Of a DNA stretch of 64,000 nucleotides, positions 23,143 to 32,338 are shown one piece after another. Origin of the DNA: an uncultured Acidobacteriota bacterium (lineage in GTDB: Bacteria; Acidobacteriota; Thermoanaerobaculia; Multivoradales; SZUA-115); the NCBI GenBank assembly GCA_963805975.1, contig CAWDVR010000005.1:96001-160000 (forward strand). Reading direction: 5' to 3'. The translations under genes and the position numbers were made by a program. The notes below the pieces were generated by a model. That model ran no database searches. It was not told where the DNA came from and saw only the letters and a program-made list of their open reading frames with translations. Each line of letters opens with the position of its first letter. The stretch's first letter is position 1.

Positions 23143-25380
23143 ATGCACACGCGCGCGCTTCGCCTGCTCCGCTGGCTCCTCGCCCACCGGCGGGCGGTGC
23201 TCGCCGGGTTCGCCATCGCCGTCACCGCCATGGTGCCGGGGGTGCTCCGCCTCGAAACCGACAACTCGCCCGAGGTCTTCTACCTGGAGGACAGCCCGGC
23301 GCTCGCCAGCTACCGCGCCCTGCGCCAGGACTTCGGGAGCGACGAGGTGGTGCGCATCGTGGCGCTGGGCGGAGGCCTGTGGACGGCCGACGGCCTCACT
23401 TGGCTGGCCCGCGTCGAGGAGGGAGCGAAGCGACTGCCCGGCGTCGAGGCGGCGAGCGGGCTCGCCGGCCGCCACCGCTGGTCGCTCCCCGTCTGGCCGC
23501 CCGCCGATCCGGAGGCGTTCCGCCGCCGGGCGTTGGACGATCTTCTCGACCGCGAGCTGGGTCTGATCGACGAGCAGGGCGAGGCGGCGACCGTCATCGC
23601 CGTGCTCACGGCCGGCTCGCCGCACGAGACGCGGCAGGTCCTCGGCGCGCTGCGCGCGCTCGTGGCTTCACCGCCGGCGGGCGTCACCACCCGCCTGGTG
23701 GGCGTGGCGGTGGTGGACGAGGCGCTCGACGGCTCCTCGCGCGAGATCCCGCAGCGGTTCTTCCCGCTCCTGGTGCTGTTCACGCTGGTGGTCCTGGCGC
23801 TCACCTTCCGCGATGCCCTCTGCGTCGCCGTGCCCCTCACCTTCGTGGGGGCCTGCGAGGTCGTGACCCTGGGCGCGATGGGCTACCTGGGCGTCAGGCT
23901 CAACCTGGTGATGGCGGTGCTGCCGCCCCTTGCCTTCGTCATCGGGCTGGCCACCGCGGTGCACGTGCTGGTGCGCTACCGCGAGCTCCTGGGCGAGGGG
24001 CTGGCGCCGGAGGAGGCCGCGCTCGAGACCTACCGCGACAAGGCCTGGGCGGTGCTGTGGACCGGGGTGATGACCGGCGTGGGCTTCGGCTCGCTGGCTT
24101 TCTCTCCGGTGCGGCCCGTCGCCGCGCTGGGGATCTGGTCCACCGTGGGCGTCGCCGTGCTCACCCTGGCGGCGTTCACGCTCTACCCCCTGCTCCTGGC
24201 CGCGTGGGTGGGCACCCACTGGAAAGGCACGCGACCGATCGAGACCCTGGCCCGGCGGGCCGGCCGCCGCTGGGCGGAAGGGGCGGCGCGCCGGCGCCAG
24301 CCGCTCCTTGCGGTGACGGCGCTCGTCGCCCTCGCGGCCTTGGTCGGCCTGCCGCGTCTCGAGATCGAGAGCAACGTGCTGACCTATCTTGCCGCCGACC
24401 ACCCGGTTCGCCGGTCGATGGCCGACCTCGAAGGCCGCGGCATCGGCCCGGCGGCGGTGGAGCTGGTGCTCACCCTGCCCGGGGAGATCGAGAGCGCGAG
24501 CTTCCGCTCACCCCAGGCGCTGGTCCAGCTCTCGGCTCTCGCGGCCCGGCTACGGCAGGAGCCGCTCGTGCTCTCGGTGGTCGGTGCCGGTGATGTCGCG
24601 GTGGCGGCGCGGAGCACGGCGGCGGAGGTGGTGGGTGGACCGTTCGTGACCGGCTCGCTCGTCGCCGGGGCGATCGAGGAAGCGATGGCGCCCTTCGTCA
24701 CCGCCGACGGCAAGCGGACACGCCTGTCGCTCTTCGTGCCCACCACCGGCTTCGATCGCCTCGATCCGCTGATCAGGACCGCACTGGAGAAGGCGCGCGA
24801 GGCCTTCCCGCAGGCCGAGGCCGAGGTCACGGGCCAGCACCCGCTGCTCCTCGAGACCCAGCGCCACCTGCTCTCGACCCTCACCAGCTCGCTCGCCGGC
24901 ACGCTGATCTGCGTGGTGCTGATCCTGGCGCTCCTGGTGGGGGACCGGCGCCTGGCGCTCCTCGCCCTGGTGCCCAACGTCTGGCCGGTGCTCGGCGTCC
25001 TGGGCGCCATGGGCTGGCTCGGCGTGCCGATCGACGTCGCCACCGTGATGGTGGCTTCGATCGTCCTCGGTCTGGCCGATCACACCGTGCACACTCTCGG
25101 GCACTTCCGCGAGCTGGCGCCGAAGGTCGGGCGCCTCGAGGCCGTGGCCTCGACGCTCGAGCACACGGCGGGTGCCTACGTGTTGACCGGCGTGATGCTG
25201 GTCGCGGGCTTCGGGGTCTGCGCGCTGTCGAGCTTCGCGCCCATCGCGCGCTTCGGCCTGCTGTCGGCGGCGGGGCTCGCCCTGGCGGTGGTCGGCGACC
25301 TCTTCCTGGTGCCGGCGCTGCTGGGCGCCCCTCACCCCAGCCCTCTCCCCGCTGACGCGGGGCGAGGGGGCCGGAGCTGA
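23143..25380 (+). CDS. MMPL/RND family lipid exporter
   Basis: Two-fold repeated TM/periplasmic architecture, GFGSLAFS and GFGVCALSSFAPI motifs. Confidence 0.88.
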   Translation: MHTRALRLLRWLLAHRRAVLAGFAIAVTAMVPGVLRLETDNSPEVFYLEDSPALASYRALRQDFGSDEVVRIVALGGGLWTADGLTWLARVEEGAKRLPGVEAASGLAGRHRWSLPVWPPADPEAFRRRALDDLLDRELGLIDEQGEAATVIAVLTAGSPHETRQVLGALRALVASPPAGVTTRLVGVAVVDEALDGSSREIPQRFFPLLVLFTLVVLALTFRDALCVAVPLTFVGACEVVTLGAMGYLGVRLNLVMAVLPPLAFVIGLATAVHVLVRYRELLGEGLAPEEAALETYRDKAWAVLWTGVMTGVGFGSLAFSPVRPVAALGIWSTVGVAVLTLAAFTLYPLLLAAWVGTHWKGTRPIETLARRAGRRWAEGAARRRQPLLAVTALVALAALVGLPRLEIESNVLTYLAADHPVRRSMADLEGRGIGPAAVELVLTLPGEIESASFRSPQALVQLSALAARLRQEPLVLSVVGAGDVAVAARSTAAEVVGGPFVTGSLVAGAIEEAMAPFVTADGKRTRLSLFVPTTGFDRLDPLIRTALEKAREAFPQAEAEVTGQHPLLLETQRHLLSTLTSSLAGTLICVVLILALLVGDRRLALLALVPNVWPVLGVLGAMGWLGVPIDVATVMVASIVLGLADHTVHTLGHFRELAPKVGRLEAVASTLEHTAGAYVLTGVMLVAGFGVCALSSFAPIARFGLLSAAGLALAVVGDLFLVPALLGAPHPSPLPADAGRGGRS
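25327..25376 (+). repeat. REP-like palindromic repeat family A, inside the 3' end of the MMPL gene
   Basis: GCCCCTCACCCCAGCCCTCTCCCCGCTGACGCGGGGCGAGGGGGCCGGAG; near-identical to the reverse complement of 63107-63157. Confidence 0.85.
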
Positions 25381-25383
25381 ATC

Positions 25384-28203
25384 CTAATTGTTGACGACCG
25401 TGGTCCAGGCGGTGAGGTCGCCGGTCTCGAAGCCGTTCGCGAAGACCCCGGCGGCGCCCGGCACGATGGTCAGGTTGGCCGAGCCGGCGATGCCAGGGCA
25501 GCCGCCGCCCACCGAGGTCGCCGTCAGCGTGCGCAGGCCGTCCGTCGAGTAGACGACGGTGATCGAGGCGCCGGTGGCCGGCCCCACGATCAGCCCGTGG
25601 TTGACGTCGCCGATGTTCCAGAGATACGAGGTGGGCTGCGGCGTGCAGTTGCTGGCGCTGGCCGAGACCACGATCTCGAGGCCCACCTCGCCCTGGCCCG
25701 GTGTCGCCACGTCGATGTCCGGCAGGCCGCCGTCGCCGACGAAGATCAGCTCGTCGTGGGTGAAGACGTCCTCGACGCTCGCCCGGCGGACGCGGAGCTT
25801 CGGATGGTAGGTGCCTTCCTCCTCGTAGGTGTGGCTGCCCACCGGCGAGGTGTGACCGAGATCCTCGAAGGTGCCGTCGCCGTCCCAGTCGTAGTCCCAG
25901 AAGTCGGGCGAGCCGGAGGAGGAGTCGAGGAAGGTGATCACCTGGTCGACGTCGGCGAAGCAGCCGACGCCGGTGCAGAAGAGGCCGTCCTGCGAGAAGC
26001 CCGCCACCAGCGGCGTGGTGTTGGGGACCGACACCTCGGTCTCCTGGCTGGTGATCGCTCCCTGCTGGCAGTTGCGGATCGCAACCGTCACCGTGTAGTC
26101 GCCCTCGTCGTCGTAGGTGTGGGACGGCCGCGGCCCGTTGACCGGGTCGGAGGTCCACACCGGCGTGGTGCCGTCGCCGAAGTCCCAGCGCCACTCGGTG
26201 GCGCCCGCGCTCTGGATGCGGAACTGCACCAGGCCGCTGCCGAAGGGCGGCCCGTTGAGAGTCTCCGGCGCGTCGCCGGGCGAGGTGAAGTCGAGCGCCG
26301 GCAGGCCGGCGAGCACCAGCGACGGGCTGGTGGCGCTGTCCGAGCCGCTGGCGTTCGACACCGTGACCGTGGCGGTGTAGGTGCCGGCGGCGGCCGCGGC
26401 CGTGCTCCACACGAACGGGTTGACGTTGCCGCCGGAGGCGACCAGGGTGCCGCCCGAGGTGCGCACCTGCCAGGCATGGGTGATGGGGGCGAGCCCGGTC
26501 ACCCCGAGCGCCTGGAAGGAGACGTTCTGGCAGACCAGGGCAGGGTTGGGCGTTACCGAGACGGTGCCCACTTGCGCCGCCGGCTCGAGCACGGTGAGCT
26601 GCTGCGAGGCCGGGCTCGAAGGTCCCTGGGCATTGGTGGCGACGAGAGTGACCGTCTTCGTCCCCAGCGAGTTGAAGACCACGCCCGCGGGGTTCTTCAC
26701 CGTCGAGCTCGCCGGCGTGGCACCGGCGAAGGTCCAGGCCCACTGGGTGGGAACACCGGTCGACTGGTCCGTGAAGTTGATCGGCTCGCCGCGGTAGACC
26801 TGCGACGGGCTGTAGGTGAAAGCGGCGGCCGGCGGGCCGCCGGAGGTCAGCTCGTGGATATCGAAGATGGAGTAGGCGGCGCGGTAGAAGTACTTGCCCG
26901 CGAACTTCCCCACCCGTGCGTTGACGAAGTTGAAGCCGGTGGGGTTGCGGCGGTAGTACCAGCCCCAGTAGCCGGTCTGCGTGCCGCCGACCAAGCCGGT
27001 GGGCGGCGTGACGTCGAAGGCCGCGGACGGCGTCGAGACGTCGTACAGCCACTCGTTCTGAAGGCCGGTGCCGCAACGGTCGTCCGAGCCGAAGAAGAGG
27101 AAGTCGCGACCGCTGCCCACCGAGTCGGTGACGATGTACTCGCTGGCCGATCCGGGCAGGCTGCTGCGCGTCCACACCGGCGTCGGCGGGGTAGCGGGGC
27201 ACGACGCCCCCGCGATGCAGCTCACGTCGTAGATGCGGGCCTGGGTGGTATTGCCGGCCGTCACCACCCGGGTCGCCAGGTAGTAGTTGGAGCCCTTCCG
27301 CCACAGCGCGACACCGTGCACGAAGTCGCTGGGCAGCCAGGAGGCCATGAGCTGCGGGCTCGACGGATTCCCGACCTTCCAGATCTCGAGGCCGCGGCCG
27401 AAGAGGCCCGAGGAGGCCGCCACCCAATGCTGGCTGCCCGAGGCGTCGCCGGCGCCGTCCAGGTAGCTGAAGCCCGCGCGGGTGCCCAGGCGGCCGAGAT
27501 ACACACCGCAGCCCGTCTGGCCCGGAGTCTCTTCCGTGCAGATGCCCGTCAGGTTGGCCGCCGCCGTCATGTTGTAGGCGAGGAGCCCCGAGGTCTTGGT
27601 GGCCAGAAAGGCGTAGTCGGTGCTGCCGATCCGGGCTGCGTAGACCTGGGGTGCCTCTTTCCCCACGTCGGCGTAGCGGCCCGGGTTCATGTCGGTCTTG
27701 TTGGTGGTGTTGAAGATCGACAGGCCGCCGTCGCCGGCGAGAGCCACCGCCAGCACGTTGTCGTTGCCGTTGGGGGCGTCCAGGTCGCGCACCGGGTCCG
27801 AGACGTGCGGATCGCTCACCCAGTGGGGGAACTTGGTGCGCCCGTAGACCTTCACCCGCACCGGCTGCGCCGGGGTGGTGCGCGCGTCCCAGATCTGCAG
27901 GCCGTGGTTGATGCCGGCGAAGATCCAGCCGTTCTCGCTGTCGATCGACATCCAGTGCGGCTCGTTCTCGCCGGGAAAGTCGTCGAACTCGTCGAAGTCG
28001 GTGTTGTCTCGTTGGGCGGCGAGCTGGCCTATGTCGGTCGGCTTGAGCTCGCCCCACAGCGCCGACGGCACGCCGAAGGCCGGGGCGCGGCAGGTCAGGA
28101 ACTGGCAGGTCAGGTCCGTGCTGCACTGGGCGGCTGCCGGAGCGGTGGAATGAGCCGAAACGAGGAGCAGAATCCCGGCAGCCAGCGGAAGGCGCGAGCT
28201 CAT
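25384..28203 (-). CDS. Large secreted protein with PKD/Ig-like domains
   Basis: Signal peptide; PKD motifs (FTDQSTG..WAWTF, WDFGDG..HTY..GDYTV); C-terminal VFANGFETGDLTAW. Confidence 0.9.
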   Translation of the reverse strand: MSSRLPLAAGILLLVSAHSTAPAAAQCSTDLTCQFLTCRAPAFGVPSALWGELKPTDIGQLAAQRDNTDFDEFDDFPGENEPHWMSIDSENGWIFAGINHGLQIWDARTTPAQPVRVKVYGRTKFPHWVSDPHVSDPVRDLDAPNGNDNVLAVALAGDGGLSIFNTTNKTDMNPGRYADVGKEAPQVYAARIGSTDYAFLATKTSGLLAYNMTAAANLTGICTEETPGQTGCGVYLGRLGTRAGFSYLDGAGDASGSQHWVAASSGLFGRGLEIWKVGNPSSPQLMASWLPSDFVHGVALWRKGSNYYLATRVVTAGNTTQARIYDVSCIAGASCPATPPTPVWTRSSLPGSASEYIVTDSVGSGRDFLFFGSDDRCGTGLQNEWLYDVSTPSAAFDVTPPTGLVGGTQTGYWGWYYRRNPTGFNFVNARVGKFAGKYFYRAAYSIFDIHELTSGGPPAAAFTYSPSQVYRGEPINFTDQSTGVPTQWAWTFAGATPASSTVKNPAGVVFNSLGTKTVTLVATNAQGPSSPASQQLTVLEPAAQVGTVSVTPNPALVCQNVSFQALGVTGLAPITHAWQVRTSGGTLVASGGNVNPFVWSTAAAAAGTYTATVTVSNASGSDSATSPSLVLAGLPALDFTSPGDAPETLNGPPFGSGLVQFRIQSAGATEWRWDFGDGTTPVWTSDPVNGPRPSHTYDDEGDYTVTVAIRNCQQGAITSQETEVSVPNTTPLVAGFSQDGLFCTGVGCFADVDQVITFLDSSSGSPDFWDYDWDGDGTFEDLGHTSPVGSHTYEEEGTYHPKLRVRRASVEDVFTHDELIFVGDGGLPDIDVATPGQGEVGLEIVVSASASNCTPQPTSYLWNIGDVNHGLIVGPATGASITVVYSTDGLRTLTATSVGGGCPGIAGSANLTIVPGAAGVFANGFETGDLTAWTTVVNN

Positions 28204-28550
28204 GTAAGATCCCTCTTGGGAAGAAATGCGGTATCACCCTATCTCTGGCCAGCTTTTTATGCAACTGCCAGGACAGAGACAGGGCTCCCGCCCCGTGGTC
28301 GGGTTGGCGTGTCGCGCGTCTGCAAGCGTGAGACCACCCGTCAGGCCTCCCCACAAAGGAAAAAAATGAACCACCAACGACCTCTTATGTCCCTGACCGA
28401 ACGAAAGATCGGCCGAATTGGGCATTCCGGCCTTGCTGGGATGACATTTCGCGTCACCGGGCGTGCCCAAAATTTGTGCTTGTCGAGAGTGGCATCGGGC
28501 TTCCCTCCGCTCGGTGGCGGGCCTGATCCTTGCGACAATCCGAATCGAAA

Positions 28551-30176
28551 ATGAAGAAGCGCGGCTTTACCAAGACCCCGGCTCACTCCTGGCAGCCGTT
28601 CCGGGCCGTCGAGCGGCCGGTGCGGGTCTTCTCCTCGCACGCCGAGCACTCGCTGGCCCTGGCCTACGCCAACAGCTACCACGTGGGGATGTCGAGCCTC
28701 GGCTTCCAGCGTGTCTACGAGCTGGTCCACGACCGGCCCGGCTGGGCGGCGGAGCGCTTCTTCACGGACGGTAGCGGAGAGCCGCTGTCGGTCGAGCTCG
28801 GGACCCCGCTCTCCTCCTTCGGCGCCGTCGCCTTCTCGGTCTCCTTCGAGGAGGACTACGTCCACCTGCTCCAGATGCTCGACCGCGCCCGCATCCCGCT
28901 GCGGCGCGGCGACCGCGGTCCCTGGCACCCGCTGGTCGTGATGGGCGGCTCCTGCGCCGCGATCAACCCGCTGGCGATGGCCGAGTTCGTGGATGTCTTC
29001 ACCCTCGGAGCGGCGGAGAACGTGCTGCCCACCCTGCTCGAGGCGCTCGAGGAGGAGGGAGAGCGCGAGGCGGTGCTCGAGCGGCTGGCGGCGGAACCCG
29101 GCTTTTTCGTGCCGGCCCACCACCGGCCCGAGGAGGAAGGCTTCGCGGGCAAGCTCGAGAAGCGCGAGCTCACCGCCGAGCAGTTCCGGCTCCCGGGCCA
29201 TCTGCCCACCACCGCGATCGTCACTCCGCGGACGGAGTTCAACGACAAGTTCCTGATCGAGATGTCGCGCGGCTGCCCGGAGAAGTGCAAGTACTGCTGG
29301 GCCACCTTCGGCATGGGCACCTTCCGGTGGCACCCGAGCGAGTACATCCTGGCGGCGCTCGAGCGGGCTCGGCCGGTGACCGACCAACTGGGCTTCCTCG
29401 CCACCGCGGTCGGCGATCACCCGGAGATCGAGCGCATCCTCACCGAGGCCAACCGCCTGGGGTTCCGCAGCTCGGTGTCCTCGATCCGTATTCCCGCGGT
29501 GACCCCTGGCGTGCTCGCGGCGCTCCATGCGTCGGGCGACCGCTCGATCACCCTGGCTCCCGAGACCGGCAACGACGCTCTCCGCGCCCGCATGGGCAAG
29601 CCGATCACCAACGCCACTATCCTCGAGAGGGTGCGCCTCATCTTCGAGCACGGTTTCACCCAGCTCAAGCTCTACTTCCTGATCGGCTTGCCGGGTGAGA
29701 CCCTGGCGGACGTCGGGTCGATCCTCGAGCTGGCGGCCGAGGCGCGGGGCATCATGCTCGAGCGGGCGGCGAAGACCGGGGTCATCGGCCACGTCCACCT
29801 CGGCACCAACATCCTGGTGCCCAAGCCCTACACGCCCTGGCAGCGCGAGCCGATGGACGGGGAGAAGAGCCTCGCCGAGAAGATCTCGCTCTTGAAGCGC
29901 GGTGTGGCGCGGATGCCGAACGTGTCGCTGGGCTCGATGTCGATCCGCCAGGCGGTCTGGCAGACCTACATCACCAAGGCCGGCAGCGATGCCGGAGAAG
30001 CCCTGGTGCGAGCCGCCCGCGGCCAGCACCTGGCCTCCCTGCTGCGCGAGCTTGAGCCCCAGATCCGCCCGGTGGTCTTCGATCGCATCGAGGGCGAGTG
30101 CCGCTGGCACTTCATGCGCCAGAGGAACACCAACCTGCCGGAGGTGGACAGCCTGGCGAGGATGGTGGTGGGCTAG
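28551..30176 (+). CDS. B12-binding-type radical SAM protein
   Basis: YHVGMSSLG N-terminus, RGCPEKCKYC, LAPETG, YFLIGLPGE, PKPYTP. Confidence 0.88.
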   Translation: MKKRGFTKTPAHSWQPFRAVERPVRVFSSHAEHSLALAYANSYHVGMSSLGFQRVYELVHDRPGWAAERFFTDGSGEPLSVELGTPLSSFGAVAFSVSFEEDYVHLLQMLDRARIPLRRGDRGPWHPLVVMGGSCAAINPLAMAEFVDVFTLGAAENVLPTLLEALEEEGEREAVLERLAAEPGFFVPAHHRPEEEGFAGKLEKRELTAEQFRLPGHLPTTAIVTPRTEFNDKFLIEMSRGCPEKCKYCWATFGMGTFRWHPSEYILAALERARPVTDQLGFLATAVGDHPEIERILTEANRLGFRSSVSSIRIPAVTPGVLAALHASGDRSITLAPETGNDALRARMGKPITNATILERVRLIFEHGFTQLKLYFLIGLPGETLADVGSILELAAEARGIMLERAAKTGVIGHVHLGTNILVPKPYTPWQREPMDGEKSLAEKISLLKRGVARMPNVSLGSMSIRQAVWQTYITKAGSDAGEALVRAARGQHLASLLRELEPQIRPVVFDRIEGECRWHFMRQRNTNLPEVDSLARMVVG

Positions 30177-30577
30177 GGCGCGATCAGGTCTAGCCGTGGG
30201 AAGTAGGTCTTGTACCTCTCCCCGTCTCGGGTCAGCAGTCGATAGCCGCGTACGGCGGCGTGAGCGCCGATAAAAAAGTCCGGCAGAGGCGCGGTTCGAG
30301 TTCCTCCCAAGCGGCGGTAGCGCAAGTGGCACTTGCCGGCCAGGAAAGCTGCGTCCCAGGGAAGCTCCTCGCGCACGTAGTAGTCGGCTGGCAGCACGGC
30401 ATCGAGATCGGCGATGTTCTCGAATTTCACCGACACCTCGGCGTAGATGATCGGGTTCAAGACCAGCCTGGTTTCTCCGGCGAAACGCTCCAGAATCGAC
30501 GCAGACCACCGCCCCCAGACCGGGTCATCGGTGAACACATCGAGCAGGACGTTGCTGTCGACGACGACCGGGGTCAA
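30173..30577 (-). CDS. vapC: VapC/PIN-domain toxin
   Basis: VVDSNVLLD, YAE, PDFFIGAHA, LLTRD. Confidence 0.92.
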   Translation of the reverse strand: MTPVVVDSNVLLDVFTDDPVWGRWSASILERFAGETRLVLNPIIYAEVSVKFENIADLDAVLPADYYVREELPWDAAFLAGKCHLRYRRLGGTRTAPLPDFFIGAHAAVRGYRLLTRDGERYKTYFPRLDLIAP

Positions 30578-30807
30578 TCCTCACCCCGGGTGAGGGCCAT
30601 GATCTCGTCGGTGGTCAAGCCGCCCTTGGCTCGGCCCCGCATGAGCTCGATCAGCCGCTGCCCACGGCCAAGGGCTGGGGCTTGCGCCCTCTTGATGCGG
30701 ACCGTGTTGCCATCCACCTCGAATTCGACCTCTGTGTGAGGTAGCAAGCCCGTCTTCTCGCGGACCTCGATGGGAAGAGTGACCTGACCCTTGGACGTGA
30801 TTCGCAT
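30574..30807 (-). CDS. vapB: AbrB/MazE-fold antitoxin
   Basis: MRITSKGQVTLP..VR, TTDEIMALTRG; 4-bp overlap with vapC. Confidence 0.9.
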   Translation of the reverse strand: MRITSKGQVTLPIEVREKTGLLPHTEVEFEVDGNTVRIKRAQAPALGRGQRLIELMRGRAKGGLTTDEIMALTRGED

Positions 30808-30819
30808 TCACCCTCGCCG

Positions 30820-30832
30820 GTAAGAGTCTTAC
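30820..30832. promoter_or_regulatory. Palindromic operator candidate for vapBC
   Basis: GTAAGAgTCTTAC just upstream of the antitoxin start; extra half-sites at 30842 and 30870. Confidence 0.6.
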
Positions 30833-30877
30833 AGGGCCGATTCTTACTCGGCTCATAAGAAAGATCAAGGTAAGAGG

Positions 30878-30962
30878 TGGTGCCGAAGACCGGACTCGAA
30901 CCGGTACGGATTGCTCCACACGGCCCTCAACCGTGCGCGTCTACCAATTCCGCCACTTCGGC
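30878..30962 (-). tRNA. tRNA-Leu(GAG)
   Basis: Reverse complement GCCGAAGTGGCGGAATTGGTAGACGCG-CACGG TT GAG GG CCGTG..GGTTCGAGTCC..CTTCGGCACCA; long variable arm, encoded CCA. Confidence 0.97.
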
Positions 30963-31048
30963 GTGGAGGCGAGGCAAGTTTAGCAGCGGTCCGGCGGGCG
31001 GTGGAGCGCGGCCGGACCTTGGAAAGAACCGTTCCTGCGACCGGCTGG

Positions 31049-31543
31049 CTAGGTGCCGGCCGGTGTCCCAGCCGGTGCTTCGGCCGGCGCTTGCGTTGCT
31101 GCGTTGCCCGCCGCCGCTCCAGGAGGGGCCACGGTGCCGGCGGGAGGCGGTTCGGTGCCCTCGCCGCTCGTGGGGGCGGGAGCCGTGGTCCCGGCGGCCG
31201 GTGGTGCCGAGCCGTTCGGGGGCGTGCTGTCGGGTGTCGTGCCGGGCGTCAGCGGTGCCGACTGGGTGACGGGCGGCTCGATGCCGGTCGTCACCGAGGA
31301 ACCGGTGAGCCGGCCCTTCATGATCTGGATGGTCAGCGTGGTGAGCGTGAAGAGCACGAAACCGCCCACCGTCAGCTTGTGCAGGAGCGTGGCCGCGCCG
31401 CGGGCGCCGAATGCCGCCTGCGTGCTGCCGCCGCCGAACACCGAGAGGTCGGCGCCCTTGCCCTGCTGCAGGAGCACGACCAGGATCAGGAACAGCGACA
31501 CCAGGATGTGCACGAAATACATGATGTAGAGAATGGCGCTCAC
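31049..31543 (-). CDS. secG: Preprotein translocase SecG with Pro/Ala-rich tail
   Basis: [15 protein letters not shown]; tpiA-secG-tRNA-Leu synteny. Confidence 0.93.
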   Translation of the reverse strand: MSAILYIMYFVHILVSLFLILVVLLQQGKGADLSVFGGGSTQAAFGARGAATLLHKLTVGGFVLFTLTTLTIQIMKGRLTGSSVTTGIEPPVTQSAPLTPGTTPDSTPPNGSAPPAAGTTAPAPTSGEGTEPPPAGTVAPPGAAAGNAATQAPAEAPAGTPAGT

Positions 31544-31570
31544 GACGGGTACAGACCTCCGAGACGGTTC

Positions 31571-32338
31571 TTACCGCCGGTACTGGGCGGCGGAAATGCG
31601 AATCATAGCCAGAAACTTCGCCGGGTCAAGGCTCGCGCCGCCCACCAGGAAGCCGTCCACGTCCGATTGGGCGATCAGCTCGGCCGCGTTTTCGGGGTTG
31701 GCGGACCCGCCGTAGAGGATGCGAACCCACTGCGAATCCTCGCCCAGGATGTCGGTCAGGAGGCTGCGCAGGAAGGCGTGCGCCTGCTGGGCGATCTCCG
31801 GCGTGGCCACCTCGCCGGTGCCGATCGCCCACACCGGCTCGTAGGCCAGGGCCAGCTCGCCGGGGTCGTCCGGCAGGGCGGAGGAGAGCTGACGCTCCAG
31901 CACCTCCAGGGTGCGGCCCGCCTGCCTCTCGTCTTTCGTCTCGCCCAGGCAGAGGATGGGGGTGAGGCCGTGCTGCATCGCGGCCTCCACCTTGGCGGCG
32001 ACCACCTCGTCCGTCTCGCCGTGGTCTCGCCGGCGCTCGCTGTGGCCCACCAGCACCCAGACGCAGCCGGTGTCGATCAACTGCAGGGCGGAGACGTCGC
32101 CGGTGTGGGCGCCCTTGGCCGCCGGGTGCAGATCCTGGCCGCCGACCGTGACCGGGCTGCCCTCGAGAGCGGCGGCCACCTCCGGCAGCAGCGGGAAGGA
32201 AGGGAAGAGGGCCACGTCCACCTCCTCTGCATCGAGCGCGGCACGGAGCGCGGTGCAGTAGCTGCGCGCCTCGCGCTGCAGGAGGTGCATCTTCCAGTTG
32301 GCGGCCAGCAGCGGCCGGCGCGTGTAGGGCTCGATCAT
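31571..32338 (-). CDS. tpiA: Triosephosphate isomerase
   Basis: ANWKM, GHSERR, AYEPVWAIGTG, YGGS, VGGASL. Confidence 0.97.
   Translation of the reverse strand: MIEPYTRRPLLAANWKMHLLQREARSYCTALRAALDAEEVDVALFPSFPLLPEVAAALEGSPVTVGGQDLHPAAKGAHTGDVSALQLIDTGCVWVLVGHSERRRDHGETDEVVAAKVEAAMQHGLTPILCLGETKDERQAGRTLEVLERQLSSALPDDPGELALAYEPVWAIGTGEVATPEIAQQAHAFLRSLLTDILGEDSQWVRILYGGSANPENAAELIAQSDVDGFLVGGASLDPAKFLAMIRISAAQYRR

Noticed and set aside
28204-28550. Possible riboswitch or ncRNA in the AT-richer intergenic region
   Set aside because: No recognisable aptamer consensus; divergent promoters are enough to explain it.
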